DNA of 64,000 nucleotides from Mantamonas sphyraenae STR306 (Eukaryota > Protista > CRuMs). A model generated the notes under the pieces. That model did not search any database and was not told the DNA's origin. It saw nothing but the letters and a program-made list of their open reading frames with translations. Both the position numbers and the translations under genes were made by a program. Shown in pieces: positions 38,939 to 50,900 of this stretch. The stretch spans positions 329,356 through 393,355 of the forward strand of contig JAPMXV010000067.1 in NCBI GenBank assembly GCA_026936335.1, written 5' to 3'. The stretch's first letter is position 1. Each line of letters starts with the position of its first letter.

Positions 38939-41900
38939 TCACAGACCACGGAGGAGTTCACGGATGTCTTCGCTGGCAACAGAGGAGCTGCCGAGGTCGT
39001 CGCTGTCTAGGAGATCGCTGAGCGCGACGCTGGCTGCATCGTCATCCAGAAGGGCATCGTCGAGGACATCGCCACCGTCGTAGCTCGAAGTGGTGCCAGT
39101 GGCTTGGAACCCAGCCATTTGCAGGCGGACAGAGCTGGGCGGGCGAGTGGAGACGCCGAGGATGTGCTTGCGTTCGACGTTGTCCGACTCGTTCATGGTG
39201 GTGCGCAGACGGCGAGCAATGTGCTGGCGTGGATCGTCCCCAGGCTCCAGGGGAGAGTGCTTGTGTGTGGCAACACTTGCTTCGAGCTCGGCATGGAGCT
39301 GGGCGAGCTGTTCCTGCTCTTGCTTGCTCCATTCCTGGACTTCGCGCGTGTAGTTGGTGCCGTCCTCGAGATGGTACTTCATCACTTCTTCCATGTTGCG
39401 CATGGAGCGCGGGTTGTGCATGGTGTACTTGATGGGCATCTTGCGCGAGGCAGGCGAGGAGGACGTGATGTCATTTGTGCGGTCGCCAAGCACACGCTGC
39501 TCCCTCTGGCGTCGCCGCTCCTTCTGCTCTGACTCGAACTGTTCTTGGATGCGCTTCATGTGTGCTTCATAGCGCCTGGCTGTGGCCGAAACCGCCTCTT
39601 GGGGCGTACGCGGCTCGTCGGAGGGTCCCTCGCGGCGTCGAAGCACATCTGCGTAGAGGCGATCAATGGCCTGCTGGCGCTGCGCCTCTGACATTCGCTT
39701 GCGATTCGACTGTTCCCACGACACGCTACCGGATTGCAAGGGGAGGGCACCGCGCGACGAGCTGCCCTGCGCGGCTGCGGATCGGTCGAGGGAGTTCAGT
39801 CGTCGCAGCACCTCTGCCTGGTCACCGCTTTCGTCCAGATTGGACAGAGTGCGAGTGGTGATGTCGTCCTGGTCAAGCTGACCTGCAGCGTTGGCCAGGG
39901 CATCGACACGCTCCAGCAGGGTCTCCAGCTTGTTTTTGTGCACCTCTTCGTGATGTTCGGTGTGGATGTGTGTGAGCGAGTCCAGGGCGCCGAGATCCTG
40001 CTCGAGGTCGGTGCCCATGGACTCTGCGGTGCGCTGGATCTCGGCCAGCTTGTCGGTGATGGACTGGAGACGGTCGCCGAGTTGTCGCTCTCGCTTTTCC
40101 TGCGCGGTACCCGGGCGAAGATGGGCATCAATGTCCATTTGATGCATGTTTCGACGCACGGCATCGTTGACACGGTCCTCTTGTGCGCGCTGGCGCTCGA
40201 GCTGGCGCTCCTTCTCTGCATGCTCGTTTTCCAACTCGCGAAAGGCATCGAGGATGCGATCTCCGTAGTGGCTCATGCCAGGAATGTGAAGCTCCTGGCT
40301 TTGCTGAGCTCCACCTTGTGCACCCTGCTGAGGACTGGGTAGGGGCTGGTCGCCGTCTTCTGGAACGAGGGAGCCGTCGAGCTCAGCCACAGCAAGAAAC
40401 GAACTGCCTGGGCTTCCGCCCTGTTGCTGCAAGGCCAGCATAAGATCAGACGGAAGCGTGGGCATGAGGTGTTCTGTGATTTGCTGCGCAGCTGCAAGGA
40501 GCTCCTGCGTGCCCTTGTACATGTCAGCACGGTCTGCGGGCTGCTCCGTAGCCGTCTGACGTTGCGGCTCGGGCTGTGTCGGCTCGTTGAGCTTTGGCAG
40601 TGGCTGCTGTGCATCCTGAAGTGAAGCATCACTGGTGGTGGTGGAGGGGCGTGGCGTGGATCGTGCAGCATCTGCCTCTCTGTCACGCCTGCGCTGCTCG
40701 GCTGCGTTTTCGTTGTCAGATGAGTTCATGGTACCACGCAGAATGGTGTCGTACAGCTTTTGGGTGACATCGTCGCGGTTTCCTAGGTTCTCTTCGATCT
40801 TGGCCTGCAGCTTTTGCTTCTCAGCCTCAATCTCTGAGATCTGCTTGTTGCGTTCGGAGATGCGCTTTTCCACCTCGCCGTCCTCGTCAGAGGGAGCCTC
40901 ATCGTGCTCAGCGGACTTCTCTTCTGGTTCTTCTGGTTCCTCTGGTTCTTCTTCCTCTTCTTGCGGTGCGGTCTCATTGGCATTGTCGGTTTGAGGAGAT
41001 GCGGCGAGTTCGTTGTCGGTGGTCGCGTCGGAATGTGAGTCCTCTTGCTCCTGGGATAGCTCGAGGACGGGCTGTGGCGCACGTGCGGGTACAAGTGCTC
41101 CACTCTGGAGCAGTTGCACAATCTGGGCCTGCATCTGCATCATTTCCGTTTGCTGCTTGCGGAGCAGGGCAAGCTCTGTGGACTCCCGCTCACGGCGTTC
41201 TGCGTCCATGTTGTCCTTTGCACGCGGCAGCTTGATAAGCTGCACCGATGGCAGTCCATACATCTGCTGAGCCATCTTTGCTCGCGAGCTGCTTGTGGCT
41301 ACACGTGAAACGCCTCCAGGGGCACCTGAAGGACCGGTGGACAGCGAGAGCAGCTTGGGGCGGCCTGGTTGCGCTCCCATACGGCCCGTGGATGCAGCTG
41401 CGCGTCGAACCATGTTTGGTGGTACATACATCGCCGGCTGAGGATTTGCCTGAGGATGAATGGGCATGCTTGCGCCCAGGTAACGGGGGTCGATGGGCGG
41501 CAAATGCACGCCCTCCTGCTGGGTGTTTGCCTGAGCCTGGGCGTGCTCCAGCATGCGTTGCTGCAGCTCATGTTGGCGTTGCACAGCCTCCATCAAACTG
41601 GGGGTAGTCTGGGCCCCTGCGGACTGGATGGTGATCGGCGCTTTCCCTTTGCTGTCAGCAGGGGTCTGCGGCGTTTCGGTGGACTGATGCTTGGGAGTGA
41701 TGGCTGTCCAGGCATCGCGGCGCTGTGGCGAAGAGGTGTCTGTGTGCGGATGCATGGGCGAGGTGGCTGTGTTGACGCTGAGAAGGTGCGGCTTGTCCTT
41801 CTTTGCCCGCTCGTGTTGGTATTGGTGAAGGCGCTCCTGTGCGGCGGCGTACTGCATGACCAGCAGCTGTTCGTTGAGGTCCTTGGGCCGGTGGTTGCTG

Positions 41901-44900
41901 AGTGCTGAGGAGCTGGAGCTGGAGGAGGACTCGTAGTAGCGATGGCCGGCGGGCGTGGACGCAGCTCCGCTGGCCATCATCGGGTCCGAGACTGCGCCGG
42001 ACGAGCTGGAGATGGTCAAATCGCTGATGGAAGAATGCTCTGGCGTCTCTTCAAGCTCCGGGATGTTTGTATGTGTTCCGTCTTGGCTTTGCGGCGTCTT
42101 GGTGGGGGTCTCGAGCACGAGGACCTCCTCCACCTCGTCATCCTCCAGCTCGGGCTGTTCAGGCGAGGGGTCCACACGATGTGCAGCCACAATCTCTGTG
42201 TCTTCCCAGGGAATCTCTTCCATGCCGTCGTCTTCGTCCTCAGGTTCGAGGGAGGGCGGAGCTTCTTGGGGTAGCGATGGGGCAGGCTGCGGCTCTGGGC
42301 TGATGGGCTCCAGATCTGCAGGCTGGACCATGACTACAGCTCCTTGCTCGTCGTCTTTTGCGTCGTGTTGTGAGTCATCGTGCGGAGACACCGGGCTCTG
42401 GATGCGAACAACCTCGTAGACCACCTTGGGCTGGGACGACGTGGACTTGGACGGAGTGGCCGAGTCCGCCGGCGAGTCCGAAGGATCGAGTGCGTCATCG
42501 CTGACGCTGACGCTGAGGGCGACGGCAGGCGACTTGCCACCGGAGCGGCGCGTCATGCTGTGTTCCATGCTGTTGCGCAGTGGGCTGGGACTGCCCACGG
42601 GGCTGCCACTGCTGTGTGGAGAGTCGCGTGCGTTGGGTGAACGCAGCACAGTGCGCGTGCTCTCGGAGATGGTGTCCAGAGAACGGTTGCGACGATGCCC
42701 TTTCGTTTTGCCGGCGGCTTTTTCACGGCGCACATCCATCGAACGCGAAAGAAGAGGCATGCTGCCGCGCTTGTGCATGTTTTGAAGCTGTGTCGGGGTG
42801 CTGGGAGATAGAGGAAGCGACGATGACTCGTGCCAACTGACACTTTGGGTAACTGTGCGGACATCTGACGCGCTCGAGGCCATTGCGCCTCCCTGTGCGT
42901 CCTCTGCTTCATCCCCGTCCCAATCGCGGTCCAACTGAAAGCCAGCCGCCTCCATGGGGTCGAGGGGCTTGCGTGGGCTGACAGGAGCGCTATGTGTCGA
43001 GGTGATGGAGCGGTTCGCGTTGTTGTTCTTCTCGTCGAGGAAGCGGGTTTCGTCCATGGAGATGTTGCTGGAGGTGACGCGGTTGACAAAGGACTGCCGA
43101 AGGAAAGATTGGGAGGTGGAGGATGTGGCAGCGCTGCGGCTTGCGCCGGCAAAGTTGTTGCTGGACACACGACGCTGGATGACTGGCCTGCTGAAAATGC
43201 TGAGCTTCTCACGCAGATGCGCGAGGCTCTGTCGAACGCCCGTGTACGTGTCTGTGTGTGCGCTCGTGATGTCTGTGGTGCGCAGGAGATGGAACATGGC
43301 GGTGGCAAAGGCCTGAAAGTCGGGGTCGAACTCAAACTCCCAGTGGACGGCCGGGCGTGCACCCAGCAGGCGGTCTGCTTCGTAGACGTCGGCAACGGTA
43401 AGAAACTCTTCCGAGCTGAACATGGTGTTTGTGTCGACTTCGACCGGCCGGAGAACGGCGGGCAAGTCACCCGGGAGCTGGCTCTGCAGTTCTTGCAGTT
43501 GGCGGCTGACCAGTTTGGACGGAATGACGGACGGGTGCACGTGTCCACACAGGGTGTCGTACATGGCCTGCACATCGTTGAGCTCCGAGGTGGAGGAGAT
43601 GGCGACCTGGTGGAGCAGCTTGGACGGCGTAAAGTCGCCAAAGGGAACCAGCTTGACGGCCCAGGAAGCAATCTTTTGCTGTCTGAGGATGCCATCCTGA
43701 GGATCGATGCGGCTGTTGGGGTGGGACAGCTTTTCGCGTGTGCTGTAGCTGACCATGTCGCGGATATGCATGTACCAGAGGACCCGGAGGAGGACACGCA
43801 ACGCAGCAAGCATGCGAGGCTGGACAGCGCCGGAGGTGCGGGTGGATGAGGATGAGGATGAAGAGGAGGAGGAGGAAGCAGTGGCGGATGACTTTCCGAG
43901 TGCCAGGTGGTCACCAGAGATGTGGTCACGAGCGATCTGGTTTTTGTGTGCGAGCGTGTCCTCGTAGCTTGCGACACAGCTTGCGATCTGCGGTTTGATG
44001 ATGAAAAGGATCTTGTTGATCACGTGGCGTATGGTATTGCGGGCAAGGAGTTCCGCGGAGGTCTGGGAGGTGCCTGTGCCAAGGCCGTCTTCGGAGAGGA
44101 TGTCGCTGTCCTGGGAGGCGAGGCTGAACTGATCGTCGGAGAGAGGGGCGTTCGAGGCGGAGGCAGAGGAGGAAGAGGAAGAGGAGTTGATGTTTTGGTG
44201 GAGGATGGCACCTGCGTCTTCGATCACTTGGTACTCTGTGGCGCTGAGATCTGTCGCGTCGCTGAGGACCGAGTCTGTGTCGAGCGAGAGGAGAGAATGG
44301 TAGGAACGAGCCATGACCGCAATGGTGCGTTCGATGGTGGAGGAGTCGAGAGAGGCCATCTGGAGGGTGGACTGGTCGAGGAGGGGCGTCTGTGTGGGCA
44401 GAGCAAAGTCCGCGGGCACCTGGAGTGGCATGGCGCGGACGAGGCGGATGAGCTGTTGGAGGTGGTGGAGGACGGAGGTGCGGCGAAATTGAAAGGCGAG
44501 GTGGCGCATGTTTGCGTCTTCAGCCATGGCAATGACGCCAATCATGTCGCGAAAGTTGTCGCCAATGAGTGCCGAGTTGAGCTTGGCCTGGAGGATCTGC
44601 TGGGGTTGACGCATGTGCTGGTCAAAGTCGGCGATGAAGGAAGGCGGGTGATCGTTGGCAATCATGAAAGCAGTCTGCCAGTCGCCGAGGGCCATGGCAA
44701 AGTCGATACTGGGCTGGACCTTGTCGACGAGGAGATAATACTCGACGACGCGGCGAGGGAGCCAGTGCTCGGGGATGCGCAGGACGCGTCGCTTGAGCTT
44801 GCGGCGCTGGAGCTCAAAGGTGCGCTGGTTGCGTGCACGGTCGGACCAGGCAGTTGGAAGGGGAACGACAAGGGCCTTGCGTGTAAAGTAGGCATCCATG

Positions 44901-47358
44901 AGGGCAGCTGCAAAGGAGACGAGCTCTGCGTTGCCGGTGACGAGGGCGCGGCGTTTGTTTGCGCCAAAGTGGACAGTGATCTGCTTGTTGACGACCTTGA
45001 GGGCATCAAGGACGTGGTAGTTGAGGAGGTAGAGGGAGAAGAGAGGGGAAGCGCCACTCTCACCGGCAAGTGCGTATGCGTCTCGCGCAGCATCGAGGTC
45101 ACCGTGGAGAAAGTGTGTGTGACCAATACGCAGCTGGTGGAAGACATCGTCGGCCTCGTACTGGAAGCGCTCAGGAAAGGGCTGGACAGCCTTTGCGTCG
45201 AGATGGCGCATTGAAATCTGTACAATGGTGTTGAGGACAGCGAGGAGCTTGCGGTGTTGTGGGAGGGAGTCTGCGTCCGTTTGCGGGTCATCGATGGCTT
45301 GTTGGGCGGCAGCGGAGGCTTGGAGAGAGTCGCGGAGGAGGGTCTTCCAGTGTGGGGTAAAGAGGCCCGTGGCATAGAGGGAGGGGTCTTCGGCAAAGTG
45401 AAAATGCGGGGCGTACACGGAGCGCATGACGGAGGAGGCGATTTTGAGGAGATGAACGGCCTGCTGGAACTGATTTGCGGTGAGAAAGGCGTTGAAGAGA
45501 ATGTCGACGAGGGCGGTGACGACGGGAGCGTGTTGGCCGTGGACCATGTCCCAGTAGATGAGGCCCAGGGCGTTCAGGGCTCGGGTCTGAACGGCCGACG
45601 GAACGTGTTTGTCGTCTGCGGATGCAAGGATGAGGTCGAGGGTCGAGCGAAAGAGAAAGTCAAAGTCGACTGGCCCGCAGAGAGTTGGCATGTTGGGGTA
45701 GGCCATGGCGAGGGCCCATGCTGCGATGGGCTGGGGATCGGGGTCCTGGTTGGGAGCGGCGAGGTGGAGGGTGTCCTGTGTGCGGAGATGCAAGCGGATG
45801 AGATGGGCATAGGAGAGGTCCTGCTGGTCTGGGAGGCGGAGGACAGTGAGAGAGTATCCATCGGTGAGGGAGAGAAGGCGCTGTGTAGGATGGAAGCGAA
45901 CAGAGCAGACCTGAGCGAGGTTGCCGTGCTTCTCGAGACTCTGGGTGCCTTGTTGGACTGGCTTGTAGTCGGCAAACTTGAAGAGCTGTGACTCTGCGCC
46001 GAGGGTGTTGTCGTTGAGCATGCGAAAAAACATGGGGGTGGAGAGGCGAGGGAGGACGGCAAGGCGTGCAGAACCGGTGGAGAGAGCGAGAAGGAGGCCA
46101 TCGGGGCTCCACGAGAGGGAACGAGTCCACCAGGGGCGCATGTGGTCGCTGTGGGAGGAGGAGGCGTGGGCAGATGCGCTGGTGTGGAGGAGGTCGCCGA
46201 TGCGGATGGTGATGCCCTTTTTCGCAGCGGATGAATAGTAGATGAGTTTAGAATGTTTGACAAGCAGCCTGTTGACGGCGAGGGCAAGGACCTCGCCAAA
46301 GGGATCCCAAGCGAGGATGAAGCGGGGCGTGTTTGGATCGGTGGCCATATTTTGCTCCGAGTCTGCGGATGAGGAGGAGGAGGAGGAGGAGGAGGAGGAG
46401 GAGGAGGCATCGGGGAGGGTGATTGTGCACGTGGAGACGCGATACTGAAAGGGCATGAGTGCTTCGATGTCGTCGGAGAGACGCTGATGGAGAGAATCCA
46501 GAACCTCGAGAACGACGTGGATGTCGAGAATGTGCACAGAGGAGGGATTCGGGGCAGAGACGACGGTGATGTGGCAATTGCGTCCATAGCGTGTGGAGTG
46601 GGCAAAGGCGAGAGCGACGGTGGGGGCCTGCGCGCCGTGAGCGAAATCGTAGTCAAGGACAGGAAGCTGGTACCAGATGCCGTCTGCGTCGTTGTCAGAG
46701 ACGGGGCAGTCTGCGGCGCGGCGCCAAATCCAGAGCTCGTGGTTTGAAGAATCTTGGATGGGAGCAGGGGCGAGGAGGAGGATGTGATCGGCGGAGTCGT
46801 CGACGGCCAAGGCGACGGGGGCACGTAGAGGGAGAGAAGAGTCGTGTGCGAGGGCGGAGGGAGGGAGATGGACAGAGGAGAGGGTGTTGTGCTGTGTGTC
46901 CCAGAGCGTGAGGGCATCTGTGTTGCCCTGCAAGCTGGCAACGAGGAAGCGGCCTGCGCGCGAAAAGATGAAACGGGCGTGAGCGGCAAAGGGCGGGCGT
47001 GGGCGGGGGAGGGTGAAGGAGGGGAGGAAGGGCACGTACCGTTTGCAGAGACTGCAGAGGCACCCAGAGGAGCGTCAAGGGAGCGAAGAGGCTTTGGATT
47101 CTCTGTGACTTTGATGCTGCTGGCGGGCTTTGTGGGAAGATCGAGGATGGCCACAGCGCCAAAGGTGTCCGTAGCAATGAACTGCGATGACGGGGCACGG
47201 GTGTGGATGTGTCTGGGGTCAGGAGGACAGTCACGGGAATACGGGTGGAAAGGCCAATGACGACATACGCGGTCCTGGTGGATCCATTGGAAGGTTGTAA
47301 ACGGGCGGGCGGATTTTGTCTTGAACGGAGCCGAGATTGGGCGGCCGACTTGGAGCAT
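38939..47358 (-). CDS. CPLANE1: CPLANE1/JBTS17-like ciliogenesis protein (~2700 aa); two 5' introns
   Basis: N-terminal beta-propeller-like segments (SANGRFLVASL..LTLWD, WWTRSLSWSPDGLLLA, SVRFHPTQRLLSLTDGYSLTVLRL) and WLPRRVVEYYLL...ALGDWQTA, recalled as resembling human CPLANE1; long disordered C-terminal half. Confidence 0.72.
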
Positions 47359-47458
47359 CGTGACCGGGTTTTTTTGTTTGGGCGGGGTGGCGCGCACAGG
47401 GAAGCATATCAAGAGTTTTCTTTTTGTCGCAGGGAATCGGCGTGCACCAAGTTTAAGG

Positions 47459-50400
47459 ATGCCTAATGCGAAGCTGACGCCAGAGCAGGAGGACATTCGT
47501 GAGTTGAGGGAGCGGGATGATTTGCGGCGGGGAGGAAGATCGGGACGGGAGAGGAGATGGAGGATGCGACGGGAGGATGGATGACGTGTGTGAATGCATT
47601 GGAGAGGCGATGTTGTATAGCAGGGTGTTGTGAAGGATGGGCAAGGGAGGGTGTGGAGAGCGGGGTGGGGCGTGGAGTGTGGGCAGGAAAACGGGAGCGA
47701 GTTCGCGGATGAAGTGACGGGGGAAGCAGTGCATGGTCATCGCAGGCGATGAAGGGGTGTGGTGCATGCTGGGAGGGTATGTGCGGTTGGGTACAGATGC
47801 GGGAGGAGGTGTGGTCCGTGTGTCGGGTGACAGGGGAGGGTGGGCACTGAGACAGGAGGGGCCGGGAGTGAGGGCGGGGAGAGGGAAATGCGAAGCCGCA
47901 GAGTTTGACAGGGCGCGGGAAGAGAGATGGAGTGCTGACAAGGACTGGGATGGGTGTGTGGCGGCGCGGAATATGTGTGTGACACGGACGCGGAATGGGC
48001 GCCACACATACGGACACGTGTGATGCGGTGCAGAACGGAAGAGGAAGGCACGATTGTTTGTCGAGGAACAGGCGGGCCAGTTTGCAGAGACGTTGGACCT
48101 GGAGGGGTGGAAACTGAAGGACTTGCCGGGCAACTTGGGCAAGTGCAAGATGATGACGGAGCTGAACGGAAGCAGGAACCTGCTGGCAGAGATACGGCCA
48201 TGGATCGGTGAGGCGCTTGGGAATGTGCGTGTGCTGCAGCTGCAGTGCAACAAGATCACATTGCTGCCGGAGGAGCTGGGCATGCTGGTGCACTTGGAGC
48301 ACCTGGACCTGAGTGTAAACCAGCTGGGTGATATCACGGGAGATGTGGGGAGGGCGTTTGGCCTTCTGGGCAACCTGAAGTACTTGGACCTGTCGCAGAA
48401 CCGAATCCAAGAGGTGCCGTACAACTTTGGGAACCTGGTGAACCTGGAGAAGCTGTACCTGTCGCGGAACAACGTGACGACGCTGCCTGAGGAGCTCTGC
48501 AAGCTTGAGAGGCTGCAGGAGTTGCGCTTGTGCCACAACAAGCTGAGCGATCTTCCGTCGCACTTTGGCGAATTGCAGGAGCTGCGTCAGCTGTCGCTTA
48601 TCTACAACCAGTTTGTGGAGCTGCCTGTGCAGGTGTGCAAGCTGGTGAATCTGGAGGAGCTGTTTCTGAACGGGAACTTCCTGAGCGTGCTGCCGTCTGC
48701 AATCGGATTTATGGTGGGCCTGCACAGGCTGTATGTGCGAGAGAACCGACTGTATCGTCTGCCACGTACGATCGGCGCCCTGACGAATCTGGAGGAGCTG
48801 TCGCTAGCGCGCAACCACCTGACGTCGCTGAGCGCTGAGATCGGCCTGCTGACCAACCTGCGACAGCTGAGTGCGAGCGAAAACCAGATTGCGTCCATTC
48901 CACACCAAATTGGACAGCTGAAGAATCTGGAGTCGCTGTTTGTGCAGAACAACGAGCTCAGCGACGTACCGGTGGAGCTTGTGGACGCGGAGAACCTTCG
49001 GCGACTGCACGTGCAGAACAACAACATCACGTTCCTGCCGCCGGAGCTGGACAAACTGGACGAGTTGGAAATCCTGGATGCCGGAGAAAACAAGTTTAGC
49101 AACTCGCTGACGCTTCCGTCGTGGTTCCTTGGATGCTCGCTGTCGTCTACATCGCTGCGGAACATTGACATTGTGCAGTTGGTGGTACTGGGCGTGTTTG
49201 TTGCTGCGTCTGTGGTGCCAGCAGACGCACTGTCGAGGCCGATGCGGCAGATGATCTTTCAGGGTATGCTGACGATCTTTCTGCTGATCCAGCTGCTGCT
49301 GCCGCTGTTTATTCTGGTGTCGAAGAAAATGCGCGTGTTCAAGGGCTCGTGGTACCCGACGGGACTGGTGCGTCCTGTGGACTGGCTGAAGGGCCCAAAC
49401 ATGGTTGTTGCTGTGGAGTTGCTTGTGGAGTCGCTGCAGCTGAGCGCGTACGCGTTCCTGGACGACTTGGGCTGGCCAAGATGGATCTCGACGGTGTTCA
49501 ACGTATTTCTTCTGGATCTGCTGCAGCCGAACGGGGAGCTTGGCTTCTCGACGGCGGTGGCAGACCAAGTGCAGTACTACCGTTTTGTGGGGCGGCTGGC
49601 GTTGGGGGTTGTGTACTGTCTGGCAGCGCGCATGATGCTGGAGCTGACGCAGCGCAACATCCCGTTTGTTCGTCGGCATTTGGGTTCGTTCTTTGCGTTT
49701 ATCAGCTTTGGGTCGCGGATTCTGTTCCTGCCGCTGATTTCGATTCTGTTTTCGGCTCTTGCGTGCACGTTTGTGCCTGGGTCGCCGCCGATTCTGGACT
49801 ACACGCCTCGACAAGGAGAGTACAGCATCACGTGCTGGCGATGGGATCTGGGTGTGCCTCCGCATTGGACGTATGCGTTGCCTGCGATTGTGACGATGTG
49901 GTTGTTTTACCCGTACGCAGTGCTGTCTGTGCCTGTGTGGCAGCAGCGAGCAGGGGAAAGCGACCTGGACATCCGGTTCAAGCCGTCGTACATGGTGTTT
50001 GTGTCGATCTGCAAGTTTTTCATTGCGATGAACGCCAACTTTTTCAGCGCGGATCGTATGCAGCTGCTGGTGGTGCTGACGGTGACCAACTTTCTGATGG
50101 CCGGAGTGACGCTGGGGTTCAAGGTGAGCACACACCCGTACGTGAGTGTGTGGCGTGCTTTCTTCATGGCGTGCAGCGGGATTTCATGTGGGGTTGGACT
50201 GATGCAGCTGAGGTCTGTGAATCCGAACGGCACGCGACTGAGCGAAAGCGCGGCGGGGATGACGATCCCGTACACAGCGGTGATCGATGTGGCTTTGTTC
50301 TGGGTGTTGCTGTTCCCCGTGGCGATTTTCCTGAGTACGCGAAGGCACAAGAAGTTTATGGAGGTGTTTGAGGAGAAACTGTTGGAGTACAACGTTGAGC

Positions 50401-50864
50401 AGCAGGTTTTGGAGCGGGAGCAGGTGGAGGAGAACCGGCGGTTGCTGAAGGAGGCTGTGCGGCCGTCGTTTTCGAGCGCTCCGGGATTTCTGAAGAAGCT
50501 GGGGTCGGCAAAGGGGGAGGATGTGGATGGAGCCGAGGTGGACGTGGTGGCTGTGGATGTGGATGTTGAGGAGGTGGAAGGGGAAGAGGACGGAGGCGCA
50601 GGAGTAGGCAAGGCGGGAGGTGACGGGCGTGGTGGAGGGGAGGAAGAGGAAGAGGTGGAAGAGGAAGAGGAGGATGAGGAGTTGCTTCAACCGGCACACG
50701 TGCCAGCTGGGGCGATGAAGTTTGAGTGGAACAGGCTGAAAAAGCTGGTTGTGAAAGGAAAGGCGGTGGAAAAGATGGCGGAGGAGGACGAGAAGGACAA
50801 GGAGGATGAGACGGCCATCATGGAGGTGCGGGAGGAGGAGGAGGAGGGAGGCGGGGAAGAGTGA
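47459..50864 (+). CDS. Protein with ~14 typical 23-aa LRRs followed by ~9-10 TM segments and an acidic tail; intron 47499-48033
   Basis: LxxLxLxxNxLxxLPxxxG repeats; hydrophobic segments from ~49170 to 50340; the GTGAGT...TGCAG intron joins MPNAKLTPEQEDI in frame to QRKRKARLFVEE. Confidence 0.8.
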
Positions 50865-50900
50865 ATGAAAAGGGAAATGGGATGTGATGCAGTTGCATTT

